A stretch of 62,949 bases of DNA from assembly GCA_964495085.1 (NCBI GenBank), contig CAZBUK010000013.1, forward strand, positions 1 through 62,949, read 5' to 3'. The notes under the pieces were generated by a model. The model was not told the origin of the DNA. It saw only the letters and a list, made by a program, of their open reading frames with translations, and ran no database searches. Of this stretch, positions 1 through 9,214 are shown piece by piece. Every line of letters begins with the position of its first letter. Position 1 is the stretch's first letter. Made by a program: the position numbers and the translations under genes. Source of the DNA: an uncultured Ignavibacteriales bacterium. Its GTDB lineage: Bacteria > Bacteroidota > Ignavibacteria > T3Sed10-11.

Positions 1-75
1 AACGCCCTCGACCAGCTGCCGTATGGCTTCCGGCTGATCGCCGGAAGGTTTGAAGGTAGAATGTAATTTATACAT
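1..75 (-). CDS. uvrB: Excinuclease ABC subunit UvrB, N-terminal fragment (runs off the window)
   Basis: Reverse strand from ATG at 75 reads MYKLHSTFKPSGDQPEAIRQLVEGV, the typical UvrB N-terminus (PxGDQPxAI); absent from the ORF track because it is truncated. Confidence 0.85.
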   Translation of the reverse strand, partial: MYKLHSTFKPSGDQPEAIRQLVEGV

Positions 76-81
76 GGAGGT

Positions 82-471
82 TCAGAGCTCGTCGATGTGT
101 CTTCTGCCCGCGAAACCGTCGGAAATACTGTGCCAGAACTCGAGGGTATGTTCGCCCGACTTCCAGCACAGGTATACCTCCTCGCCGTTAGAGCGGATAT
201 GCGGGAAATCCAGCAGTCCGTCTTCTACACTTTTCACCTGTATTCCCCTTTCATGTATCTCTTGCAGGATGCCGACCATTCGTTCCAATTCACGCGGATG
301 AAATCTCTCCCCGTTCGGACCGGCGCCGCCGAAGTACTGGTGACGGTAAATATCGTAGCCGATGCCGTCAAGCCGGGATTTAAGCATTCTCATTTCCCCG
401 ATTACATCTGCAATTTCGGTAACGATGTTCCTGGCTTCTTCGACGCTGAAATGCTTGTCGTGCAGATACAT
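82..471 (-). CDS. DUF2203-family protein
   Basis: 129 aa; FSVEEA near the N-terminus and VKSVEDGLLDFP...VYLCWKSGE...WH...GFAGRR motifs. Confidence 0.8.
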   Translation of the reverse strand: MYLHDKHFSVEEARNIVTEIADVIGEMRMLKSRLDGIGYDIYRHQYFGGAGPNGERFHPRELERMVGILQEIHERGIQVKSVEDGLLDFPHIRSNGEEVYLCWKSGEHTLEFWHSISDGFAGRRHIDEL

Positions 472-551
472 AGCGTTGTAATATAAATATAAAAGCGTTA
501 ATTTTAAACTATATAGAAAATCATAACAGACCGATCCGGAGATACCGTTCC

Positions 552-1745
552 ATGAAATACATGATAGTAATTCTGCTCTGCCTGCTCGCGACGTTGTACG
601 GATTCACCCAACCGCTCCCTGTCATATCGCCTGAGGAAGGCGGATTTGATGCCGCCCAATTGACCCGCGTTGATGGGATCATCGAATCGTCAATACAGAA
701 CAACGAAACTCCCGGTGCGGTTCTTATTGTCGTTCGTGACAGTTCTATCGTTTACCGCAAAGCCTACGGGAACAGTCAGCTTGTGCCGGACACCCGGCCG
801 ATGGAGATTCAGACGATATTCGACCTCGCATCGATTACAAAACCGGTCGCAACCGCTACCTCGATTATGCTGCTCGTCGAACGCGGGCTCATAAGGCTTT
901 CCGATCCGGTATCCTTGTATATTCCGGGATTCCAGCCATGGAAGCAATCATCCGACGGCCGGGAAGAGCCGATCCGTATCATCCACCTGTTGACCCACAC
1001 CTCGGGACTCCCGGCGTACGCTCCGGTAGCAGAACTCTCCGAGCGTTACGGTCACCCCTATCCGGACGGCGTCATCGATTACCTGAAAGAGACAGCCAGG
1101 AGCGCGGCCCCGGGCAGCGCATTCACCTATAGCTGTCCGAATTTTATCACTCTGCAGCGAATCGTGGAGATCGTGAGCGGGCAGTCGCTCGCGGATTTTT
1201 CCCGCCTAAACATATTTATTCCGCTCGGCATGTTGCACACTTTCTTTGAGCCGGATTCGGAGTTCGCAAGCATGGTCGCTCCCACGGAGATCATTGACGG
1301 GAATATTCTCCTCGCCGGCACGGTACACGATCCGTTGGCGAGAGTGATGATGGGCTGCATCTCCGGGAATGCCGGATTATTCTCGACGGGAGACGACCTC
1401 GCGTTATTCGCCGCGATGATGCTGAACAGAGGATCCGTCAGCGGGAAGAGAATTCTCAGCCCGGCTAGCGTGGATGCGATGACCGGGGTTCCGGTCGGAT
1501 ATGAGAAATTCGGCAGAGGTCTCGGGTGGGATCTGCATTCTGCCTACGCCTCCAATAAGGGAGATCTGTTCGGCCCGAAAACATACGGTCATACCGGCTA
1601 TACGGGAACGTCGATTGTGATCGATCCGGATTCCCGCACTGCCGTCATCCTGCTGACGAACCGGGTGCACCCGGATGATAAGGCGAGCGTGCTACGACTC
1701 AGAAGTATGATTTCGAATGTAGTAGCGGCAGCCGTCAGACGCTGA
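552..1745 (+). CDS. Secreted serine hydrolase, beta-lactamase class C/AmiE-like family
   Basis: Signal peptide; FDLASITK (SxxK), LLTHTSGL, YSC, GHTGYTG, LTNRVHP motifs. Confidence 0.85.
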   Translation: MKYMIVILLCLLATLYGFTQPLPVISPEEGGFDAAQLTRVDGIIESSIQNNETPGAVLIVVRDSSIVYRKAYGNSQLVPDTRPMEIQTIFDLASITKPVATATSIMLLVERGLIRLSDPVSLYIPGFQPWKQSSDGREEPIRIIHLLTHTSGLPAYAPVAELSERYGHPYPDGVIDYLKETARSAAPGSAFTYSCPNFITLQRIVEIVSGQSLADFSRLNIFIPLGMLHTFFEPDSEFASMVAPTEIIDGNILLAGTVHDPLARVMMGCISGNAGLFSTGDDLALFAAMMLNRGSVSGKRILSPASVDAMTGVPVGYEKFGRGLGWDLHSAYASNKGDLFGPKTYGHTGYTGTSIVIDPDSRTAVILLTNRVHPDDKASVLRLRSMISNVVAAAVRR

Positions 1746-1854
1746 CAAGCGATCGATTATTCAACGAACAGCATTGGCTCAAGCGGCGTTGCCTTAAGAG
1801 TGACGGTTGTGAGAGAAGCAGCTCTACGGCACGCCGGGTCCTTTCCTTTCCCTT

Positions 1855-3219
1855 TTATACCTCCTTTTTAATCTTAATCGTCTCGAGTCCATGTCCCTCC
1901 GGACCTTTCTCAGTTCTCCAGAGGAGATAAGAGAATAAAAGTCCGAGGGATGCAAGGCCTGTGAAAATCCACATTCCGGCTGCATATCCGGCCGGATTAT
2001 CAGGTCCCGCGGAAAACGCATCATTCGTATATCCGATGAGCCATGGCACGATCGACATGCCGACCTGTTGGCAGAGCGTCATCAGCGCATATCCGGATCC
2101 GAGTCTCCGCTGTTCGACAATGTAGGCGACCGAAGGCCACATGACCGCGGGTATCAGCGAAAATGCCACACCAAGCAGGAGCATCACCGCAACGAGCGTG
2201 AGAGGCCAGGTATAGCTGCCGACCCATGGTATGGTAACCGATATATCCGGACCAGCAGGCGCGTAGGTCACGATGAGGAATAAGGGCAGAAGTATAAGAG
2301 AGCCGATGGCCATAAAGAATGATCGTTTTCCTATCCGGTCGACCATCAGTCCAAAGATAGGCGTGGCCACACCCGCCGCGAGCGGAAGCATGCTGTTGAG
2401 CATACCGCCGGCGTCCCGAGAAAGTCCATGGGCCTCGATAAAATATTTGATAGCAAATGCTCTGAAGGGAAAAACGGTTGCGTAGAATACGACGCAGAGG
2501 GCGACGATGTACCAGTACGAGCGGCTGAACTTATACAGATTTTTCAAATCGAGCTTCTCGGATTCCTGCTCCTCGCCGAGATTGTAATCTTTTGCCGCTT
2601 TGTTTTCGAGCATCCAGTAGAGCATTGCAGCCGCTACGGAAATTCCAGCGACTGCCGTCGCGAGCCAGAGAGGATCCTGCCAGTTATCGTACAGCGATCG
2701 GGCGTATGACGGCGACCAATCGGCCGATGCGGAGCCCATCCGTGCGATGAGTAAATTCATGCCAAATGCAAAGCTGAGCTCCTTCCCCTTGAACCATTTC
2801 GCTAGCGCCGTGGTGACGGCAACGATCAGAGGTTCGGCGCCGATGCCGAGAAGAAATCTTCCGGTCAGCATAACGCCAAACCGGGGGGACATCGCGGTGA
2901 CGAAGGCGGCCGCAAGGCAGATTAACGAAAAAACCAGAATCGATTTCTTCGTCCCGAACCGATCGATAATAAATCCCCCGATAAGCAGAACCACCACCGC
3001 TGCAATGCTGTATACGGAGTAAAGCAGTCCGAGCTGCTGATCTGTAAAACCGAGTTGTGTCGACAAGAGGTCGAAGACCGGCGCGGTCGAATCATAGACA
3101 TAGTAATTTCCGAACATCGCAAGACTGATGAAGACCAGAACCATCCAGCGGTAGAACGGCGTCGGTTCGGGACGTACTGTAGTTGTTCCTGGTTCTTGTG
3201 CCATACGGGATCCTTGCAT
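1855..3219 (-). CDS. MFS transporter, MFSD1-like
   Basis: About 12 hydrophobic segments; GFIIDRFG and GLMVDRIGKR MFS motif A copies; WFKGKELSFAFG. Confidence 0.85.
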   Translation of the reverse strand: MQGSRMAQEPGTTTVRPEPTPFYRWMVLVFISLAMFGNYYVYDSTAPVFDLLSTQLGFTDQQLGLLYSVYSIAAVVVLLIGGFIIDRFGTKKSILVFSLICLAAAFVTAMSPRFGVMLTGRFLLGIGAEPLIVAVTTALAKWFKGKELSFAFGMNLLIARMGSASADWSPSYARSLYDNWQDPLWLATAVAGISVAAAMLYWMLENKAAKDYNLGEEQESEKLDLKNLYKFSRSYWYIVALCVVFYATVFPFRAFAIKYFIEAHGLSRDAGGMLNSMLPLAAGVATPIFGLMVDRIGKRSFFMAIGSLILLPLFLIVTYAPAGPDISVTIPWVGSYTWPLTLVAVMLLLGVAFSLIPAVMWPSVAYIVEQRRLGSGYALMTLCQQVGMSIVPWLIGYTNDAFSAGPDNPAGYAAGMWIFTGLASLGLLFSYLLWRTEKGPEGHGLETIKIKKEV

Positions 3220-3260
3220 ACAGTTGGAGAAACTGCCGCAACGCGGAGCAGGAGGTTTTA

Positions 3261-4169
3261 CTATACTCCGTTTTTTCGGGTGAAAAGCGCCTTAAAAATG
3301 GTACCCGCCATCTTCGGATTTTCCTTCAGCCGACGGATAGAATATTTATACCAGAAAGTCCCGTAGGGGACGTAGATACGGACTCTATGACCGTCCCTGA
3401 AGATCTGATTCCGAAGCTCGGGGCGAACGCCCAGCAGCATCTGAAATTCATATTGGTCGGGCCGCAGGTCGTATTTTTCGATGAGTCTGAACGAATCGAC
3501 GACGAGAGAGTCGTCATGGGTTGCAATGCCGACATAGCTGCCCGCTTCGATCATGATCTCGAGCAGCCGTATAAAATTGTCATTGATCTCGCTCCGTTCT
3601 TTATATGCAATCTCCTCGGGCTCGATATAGATGCCTTTGCACAGGCGGAAGTTGGACGGCTTTTTAACCAGTTCCTCGACGTCCTTGACGGTTCTGCGGA
3701 GGTACGATTGAACGGCGACGCCGGTCTTCGGAAATTCCTCGCGGAGCGTCCTGTAAATATCCAGCGTCTTATCAGTGGTCGACGAATCCTCCATATCGAT
3801 CCGGACAAAATTATTTTTCTCATGCGCGGTTTTCAGGAGCTCGCGAACGTTCGAGACGGTAAAATCCGTATCGATATCGAGACCAAGCTGCGTCAGCTTG
3901 ACCGAGAGATTCGAATCCAGCTTTTCCCTGTCGATCGCTTCGAGCACCTTCCGGCATTCGTTGCGCATATGGACGGCGACTTCCCGGACGGCGACGGATT
4001 CTCCGAGCAAATCCATGGTTGAGATGAAACCGAGTCCGTTCAGGTTTCGGACCGTATCGACTGCAGATTCGAGGGTCTCTCCCGCAATATATCGACGTGA
4101 GAAATACCTGACAACGGGTTTCGGTACTAGAGGCAGTGTTTTGACAACGATTTTATCCAACAAACTCAT
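3261..4169 (-). CDS. Monofunctional proline dehydrogenase
   Basis: YIAGET, DLLGE, SVKLTQLG, VRIDMED, RLCKGIY, IATHD, EFQMLLG, YVPYG, RRLKE motifs. Confidence 0.93.
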   Translation of the reverse strand: MSLLDKIVVKTLPLVPKPVVRYFSRRYIAGETLESAVDTVRNLNGLGFISTMDLLGESVAVREVAVHMRNECRKVLEAIDREKLDSNLSVKLTQLGLDIDTDFTVSNVRELLKTAHEKNNFVRIDMEDSSTTDKTLDIYRTLREEFPKTGVAVQSYLRRTVKDVEELVKKPSNFRLCKGIYIEPEEIAYKERSEINDNFIRLLEIMIEAGSYVGIATHDDSLVVDSFRLIEKYDLRPDQYEFQMLLGVRPELRNQIFRDGHRVRIYVPYGTFWYKYSIRRLKENPKMAGTIFKALFTRKNGV

Positions 4170-4285
4170 AGGTGAGACTCGAAATGATCGGTTTTCAACG
4201 TGGGTTAACGCATGAGCATCTGTCGATTAAAGCTTGTGAAGAATATACGTATGAATCGAAAGATAATCAATTTGCAGAAGATTTT

Positions 4286-4909
4286 CTACTTTTCGGGAGT
4301 TTTGTTCAATATATCGATGTTGCCGTTAGTGATATCGCGGAGTTCCGTCGGAACGACGTGGATCAAAGAAGGAGGTATACCCAGATCGATGGAGACGTCC
4401 TCCGCATAGGAGGTATCGAAAATCTTTAGGCCATACCGGGTAAGGATCCTCATCACGCCGCTGGTTCTGATGTAGGGGAAAACAATTCTGAACCGGTTAA
4501 ACACCGGAATGTTTATTATTTCCGCGTCGAGCAGGACCAATCTGGCAGCTTCGCCGTATGCCCTTGTCAGGCCTCCCGTTCCGAGCTTCGTACCGCCGAA
4601 GTAACGATGAACGACTATGAGGACATCCGTTAATCCGGAGTGATCCAGCGCGAGGAGAATCGGTTTACCGGCAGTACCCGAAGGTTCCCCGTCGTCCGAG
4701 TAACGTATGGGGGACGGATGCGCCTGCAGTTTATATGCAAAGCAATGATGGGCCGCAGCGTGATGTTCCTTGCCGCATTGCTTCAACCGTTCCTCGGCCT
4801 CTTCGGGCGAAGCTACGGGATAAACCGCCGCGTGGAACTTCGAATCCCTCACTCTATATTCCGTCGACGATGTACGGCCGACGGTAAGGTATGAATCATG
4901 CGTCTCCAC
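4286..4909 (-). CDS. YigZ/IMPACT family protein
   Basis: SKF, AAHHCFAY, SDDGEPSGTAGKP, RYFGGTKLGTGGLTRAY; start trimmed to the in-frame GTG at 4909 because the ORF-track extension is antisense to bshA. Confidence 0.85.
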   Translation of the reverse strand: METHDSYLTVGRTSSTEYRVRDSKFHAAVYPVASPEEAEERLKQCGKEHHAAAHHCFAYKLQAHPSPIRYSDDGEPSGTAGKPILLALDHSGLTDVLIVVHRYFGGTKLGTGGLTRAYGEAARLVLLDAEIINIPVFNRFRIVFPYIRTSGVMRILTRYGLKIFDTSYAEDVSIDLGIPPSLIHVVPTELRDITNGNIDILNKTPEK

Positions 4910-5026
4910 GCTGAGAAGATAATTGAATTGAAATGAAAATAAAAGTGTTACAGAGAACGGCTTCGGTACGGCTTGAGATTCATATCCATTTACTCTATCT
5001 TTCCGATAAAGGAGAACCCCTTCATC

Positions 5027-6151
5027 ATGAATATCGGCATCACCTGTTATCCCACCTATGGGGGCAGCGGCATCATAGCCACGGAATTGGGGAAAGCGCT
5101 TGCGGAGCGCGGTCATAACATACATTTTATCAGCTACGCCCTCCCCACCCGTCTTGACGGTTTCGTCGAGAATATCTATTTCCATGAAGTGGAGATGAGC
5201 AGTTATCCGCTGTTCGAATTTCCGCTTTACACGATCGCTCTGGCGACTAAAATGGTCGACGTCATCAAGTACGAGAAGCTCGACTTGCTGCATGTGCATT
5301 ACGCGATCCCCCACGCAACCAGCGCTTACCTCGCGAAACAGATTCTCGCGGATCAAGGAATCCCTTTCACCACGACGCTGCATGGCACCGACATCACGCT
5401 CGTCGGTCTGGAACCGAGCTATCTCTCGGCGGTAAAATTCAGCATCGAGAAGAGCGACAGCGTAACGGCGGTATCGAGATACCTGCGGGAGAAGACGATA
5501 ACGAACTACGGCATCGAAAAAGAAATCGAAGTCATCCCGAACTTCGTCGACATCGAAAAATATAAACGCAGCGAAGCCTGTAAATTTAAAAAGCAGATTT
5601 CCCCGAATAACGAAAAAATCCTTGTACATATCAGCAACTTCCGCAGTGTGAAACGGGTGCCGGATACCGTGAGAATCTTCTTCGAGGTCAGGAAGGAGAT
5701 TCCCTCACGCCTCGTGCTCGTCGGCGACGGCCCGGATCGTTCCGCCACTGAGCAGTTATGCAGAGAACTCGACATCTATAAGGACGTCGTTTTTATGGGA
5801 AAACAGGCCGATCTGGTAGACATATTATCCGCTTCGGATATTTTTCTCATGCCGAGCCAGTCGGAAAGCTTCGGTCTGTCGGCGCTCGAGGCGATGGCAT
5901 GCGGCGTGCCGGTCGTCTCTTCGAGCGTCGGAGGCTTGCCCGAGCTGCAGATTCAGGGACAGACCGGATACATAGCAGAGTTCGGGGATATCGAACGGAT
6001 GGCGAAATACACGGTCGAGCTGCTGAAGGACGAAAACAAATACCAGAGGTTCGCACGCGCCGCCCGGCGGCGCGCCGAAGAGCAATTCGATCTGAATTTA
6101 ATCGTCCCGAAATACGAAGCACATTATCGTAAGGTGCTGGAGAAAGCATAG
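5027..6151 (+). CDS. bshA: N-acetyl-alpha-D-glucosaminyl L-malate synthase (bacillithiol biosynthesis)
   Basis: MNIGITCYPTYGGSG, HVHYAIPHA, TTLHGTDIT, HISNFRSVKR, ESFGLSALEAM; AAGGAG RBS upstream of the ATG at 5027. Confidence 0.93.
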   Translation: MNIGITCYPTYGGSGIIATELGKALAERGHNIHFISYALPTRLDGFVENIYFHEVEMSSYPLFEFPLYTIALATKMVDVIKYEKLDLLHVHYAIPHATSAYLAKQILADQGIPFTTTLHGTDITLVGLEPSYLSAVKFSIEKSDSVTAVSRYLREKTITNYGIEKEIEVIPNFVDIEKYKRSEACKFKKQISPNNEKILVHISNFRSVKRVPDTVRIFFEVRKEIPSRLVLVGDGPDRSATEQLCRELDIYKDVVFMGKQADLVDILSASDIFLMPSQSESFGLSALEAMACGVPVVSSSVGGLPELQIQGQTGYIAEFGDIERMAKYTVELLKDENKYQRFARAARRRAEEQFDLNLIVPKYEAHYRKVLEKA

Positions 6152-6155
6152 GATA

Positions 6156-6830
6156 ATGGAAATCTTTGCAAATCCCGGACCGATGCTCGCCGAATCGGTT
6201 GTAAAGGTTTTAACGGCTATCGTCTGCGGCGGTATCATCGGCTACGAGAGAGAGCGGAAAGGCAAACCGGCCGGTTTGCGAACTAATATTCTCATCTGCA
6301 TCGGAGCGACATTATATATGATCGTCTCCGAGCTGATCGCATTAAAACATGCCGTGCTGATCAGCGATCCCGCAAGAATCGCCGCCCAGGTTGTCGTCGG
6401 AATAGGATTTATCGGTGCGGGAACGATTATTCAAGCGCGGGGATCGGTCGCAGGACTCACCAGTGCGGCGACGATCTGGGTAGTGGCGGCTATCGGTCTG
6501 GTCGTCGGCGCGGGATTCCCGCTGCCGGCACTCGTATTCACCGGCATCGTATTGATCACGCTTGCACCGCTCCGCTTCATCCATAAATTTCTTATGGGAA
6601 AATGCGATTTTATCGATATCGAAATCTATTTCCCCGACGAGGGCAAAGCGAAATCGCAGCTATTGGCAATTCTGAACGAATACGATATCGAGCAGCGGCG
6701 GATTGTTTTTTCGGAGGAGGAAGGCCGTCATCGTCTCACGCTGAGCTATTGCCATAAACATCCTGCACACTACAGGGTTCTCTCCGAGATCTGGACCGTC
6801 GGAGGCATCACCGCGGTAAAACGTGAATAG
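6156..6830 (+). CDS. MgtC/SapB family membrane protein
   Basis: IGYERE...PAGLRT, DPARIAAQVVVGIGFIGAGTI, GLTSAATIW. Confidence 0.9.
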   Translation: MEIFANPGPMLAESVVKVLTAIVCGGIIGYERERKGKPAGLRTNILICIGATLYMIVSELIALKHAVLISDPARIAAQVVVGIGFIGAGTIIQARGSVAGLTSAATIWVVAAIGLVVGAGFPLPALVFTGIVLITLAPLRFIHKFLMGKCDFIDIEIYFPDEGKAKSQLLAILNEYDIEQRRIVFSEEEGRHRLTLSYCHKHPAHYRVLSEIWTVGGITAVKRE

Positions 6831-6864
6831 ATACCGGGAGCGTGATGGCGGAATTTTCCCTGAC

Positions 6865-7419
6865 TCAGTTATTCCTCAGCAGCGGTGCAATGATCCAACG
6901 GTCGAGAAGTGCAACAAGGACAAGCATTATCACAACGGTGAAACCGATTTCAGTCCCTTCCCTGCCGAAGAATTTGACGTAGGTCCGGTTCAATACCATC
7001 AGATACCCATTGATCTGATCCTGGACGGATCGCACGATTTGTTGAATTGTCCCGTCAGGTTGAATGAGCGCCGATGAGAGAGGGGAGACGTCGAGCATAC
7101 CGTAGGTTGAGAATATCCATCCCGTTACAGCCAGTACCACAAGCATGCCGATCACATATGCGAACCGGACTCCCACCGTCCAGGTCCATGATTCTCCTTC
7201 CCCGGCAGCTAAACGATCCATAATTACATGTACCTGACGCTCATCGCTCGGAGGCGTTTCAAGATTTTTCAGCGAGGCATCGAGCAGATGCAGACCCGCG
7301 AATCGCTCCCTGCAAGAGTCGCATGTGGCGATATGTGCATTCAGGTTCTTCAGGTTTTCCGATGAACCGGAAACGGCCATCAGTTCATTCAGTTCATAGT
7401 CGGTCAGGTGTCGGTTCAT
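6865..7419 (-). CDS. Putative zinc-binding (ZAS/zf-HC2) membrane anti-sigma factor
   Basis: HxxxCxxC (HIATCDSC) in the N-terminal part, two TM segments, 4-nt overlap with the upstream ECF sigma gene. Confidence 0.8.
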   Translation of the reverse strand: MNRHLTDYELNELMAVSGSSENLKNLNAHIATCDSCRERFAGLHLLDASLKNLETPPSDERQVHVIMDRLAAGEGESWTWTVGVRFAYVIGMLVVLAVTGWIFSTYGMLDVSPLSSALIQPDGTIQQIVRSVQDQINGYLMVLNRTYVKFFGREGTEIGFTVVIMLVLVALLDRWIIAPLLRNN

Positions 7420-8000
7420 TCCTTGACTTTCTCTCCGAGTTTCCTGGTCATAATTTCTTTCAGTTGCATGCGCCCTCTATACAGCCGGACTTTTACGCTG
7501 GATTCGCTTATCATCAGGATATGAGCGATTTCTGATACGGTAAATTCTTCCATATAAAATAAGCTTATAACGCTCCGGTATCGAGTAGAAAGCGAATTCA
7601 ATGCATCTTCGACATACTCACTCATCATTTTCGGAGCGATCGTCCCTCCGGAAAATTCCTCCCCGTCATTCCGGAGCAGCCTTCGATCGTACCTGTCCTC
7701 CACCGCCGAGACATCTACGGTGTTTTGCTTTCTGCGGCGGCGGGATCGGCAGACATTGACGAGGATCCGGTACAGCCAGGTCGAGAAACGGGCGTCTTCC
7801 CTGAACGCGTTCAGACTCCGGTACGCTCTCACAAAAGCATCCTGAACCGCTTCCTCGGCATCCTCCCTGTTATTCAGCATTCCGAGCGCCAACCGCATCG
7901 ATTTCCCCTGATATCTCCGGACGAGCTCTTCAAAAGCGGTTCTCGAACCCGATCGTGCACGTGAGACGATTTCGGTATCCGGAGATATCTGTATGTTCAT
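7416..8000 (-). CDS. ECF RNA polymerase sigma-70 factor
   Basis: DAEEAVQDAFVRAY, FSTWLYRI (region 2); region 4 HTH with SVKVRLYRGR. Confidence 0.93.
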   Translation of the reverse strand: MNIQISPDTEIVSRARSGSRTAFEELVRRYQGKSMRLALGMLNNREDAEEAVQDAFVRAYRSLNAFREDARFSTWLYRILVNVCRSRRRRKQNTVDVSAVEDRYDRRLLRNDGEEFSGGTIAPKMMSEYVEDALNSLSTRYRSVISLFYMEEFTVSEIAHILMISESSVKVRLYRGRMQLKEIMTRKLGEKVKE

Positions 8001-8021
8001 GGAACGCCTTGATGTGCGACT

Positions 8022-8669
8022 TTATTCACGGATACATGCCGCCGCAAAGTGTAAAACGAAGGGCAACGATAGCATGCACACGGTCGTCAGTGCGATGAAG
8101 ATCGGATGCTCGATACCCCAGAGTGAAACCGCAAGCGAAACCTGTTCAAACCCTTCCAATGAAACGAGCGGGACCATGCCTGCAAAGCCCAACAGCACAA
8201 TTCCGATTCTGTTGACGACTTTGATCCCAACGAGAAACAGCAGAAGGGGGGCGGTGAAATAGTATCCCATTTCCGGACCGTAGAAGTATACCGTAAAAAA
8301 GGAATAGACCGAGAGGATCCCTATCGCGCTCCACTTCAATTCCCTCACTGACAGCCCGATCCCCAATACTCCTGTTATCTGCCGGATGATCAGAAATCCA
8401 ACCGCCCCGCTTGGAATACCGAGCATCGTATAGATCAACAGATTTGCAGAGCCGGGATAATATGTTCGCTCGAAGAAGCTGCCCGCAATAACAGGCAGAA
8501 AGAAAAATACGGACTGCAGGCAGATGAAAAATGCTAACCGGATTGTTTGCCTGGTAAACTGAGCGGGGTCGACCGAAGCGAAAGTCCGCATATCCCGGTA
8601 TATGGCTACGGGAAACGCAATACATGATGCGACGACGACAAACCAGAAATAATGCGGAAGAAGCGACAC
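8022..8669 (-). CDS. Hypothetical multi-pass membrane protein
   Basis: 215 aa, strongly hydrophobic, fills the gap between the DUF6249 and sigma genes on the same strand. Confidence 0.6.
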   Translation of the reverse strand: MSLLPHYFWFVVVASCIAFPVAIYRDMRTFASVDPAQFTRQTIRLAFFICLQSVFFFLPVIAGSFFERTYYPGSANLLIYTMLGIPSGAVGFLIIRQITGVLGIGLSVRELKWSAIGILSVYSFFTVYFYGPEMGYYFTAPLLLFLVGIKVVNRIGIVLLGFAGMVPLVSLEGFEQVSLAVSLWGIEHPIFIALTTVCMLSLPFVLHFAAACIRE

Positions 8670-8764
8670 GTGGTATCTATCGAATGAAGTTGTTCCATCG
8701 TTTCTCTATTATCCGCATTATCTATCATAAATGCAAACAGCTCTCTTCGAGTACTCGAGAACAT

Positions 8765-9130
8765 TTAATCGCCGTTCAATTTCTCCCGCTGCTTTATTGC
8801 AATACGATAGAAAATGATCAACGCTAATCCCGCTCCGAGGGAAATCATTGCCGGATAGGTGCTGTCATCCAATCCCCATTTAATCGTTGCCAGTTGGGCG
8901 AGGAAGAGACCTAAGCCGACAAAGATCAGCACGAGTCCCCATTTCAGCGAGCCGAACGGATTCGACCGTTTATGGGATGAATCATACAAATATTTCACAT
9001 CCTCCGTGACGATCCCCTTTTCGATCAATGCCAGGCGTTCGGTGTGCCTTGATTTGAGATGATAGTAAAGCGGTATCGTGATCGCCGCAAAAAGGCCGAG
9101 GGGGACGAGGAATGCCGCCATTTCCGCCAT
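8765..9130 (-). CDS. DUF6249-like membrane protein
   Basis: RHTERLALIEKG and LKWGLVLIFVGLG motifs; AGGAG RBS. Confidence 0.8.
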   Translation of the reverse strand: MAEMAAFLVPLGLFAAITIPLYYHLKSRHTERLALIEKGIVTEDVKYLYDSSHKRSNPFGSLKWGLVLIFVGLGLFLAQLATIKWGLDDSTYPAMISLGAGLALIIFYRIAIKQREKLNGD

Positions 9131-9175
9131 ATTCAGTTCTCCTGTAATGGTGTCCTAAAAGAATGGTTCTACCTA

Positions 9176-9205
9176 TTAGACCAAACGGAGATCGGGAAGG
9201 TTACA
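9176..9205 (-). promoter_or_regulatory. Putative ECF-sigma promoter TGTAAC-N17-GGTCTAA
   Basis: AAC (-35) and GTC (-10) elements typical of ECF promoters, directly upstream of the cluster containing the ECF sigma gene. Confidence 0.55.
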
Positions 9206-9214
9206 GGCGAAAAA

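Noticed and set aside
4910-5629. N-terminal extension making YigZ 447 aa
   Set aside because: It is the antisense shadow of bshA; YigZ similarity begins only near 4909
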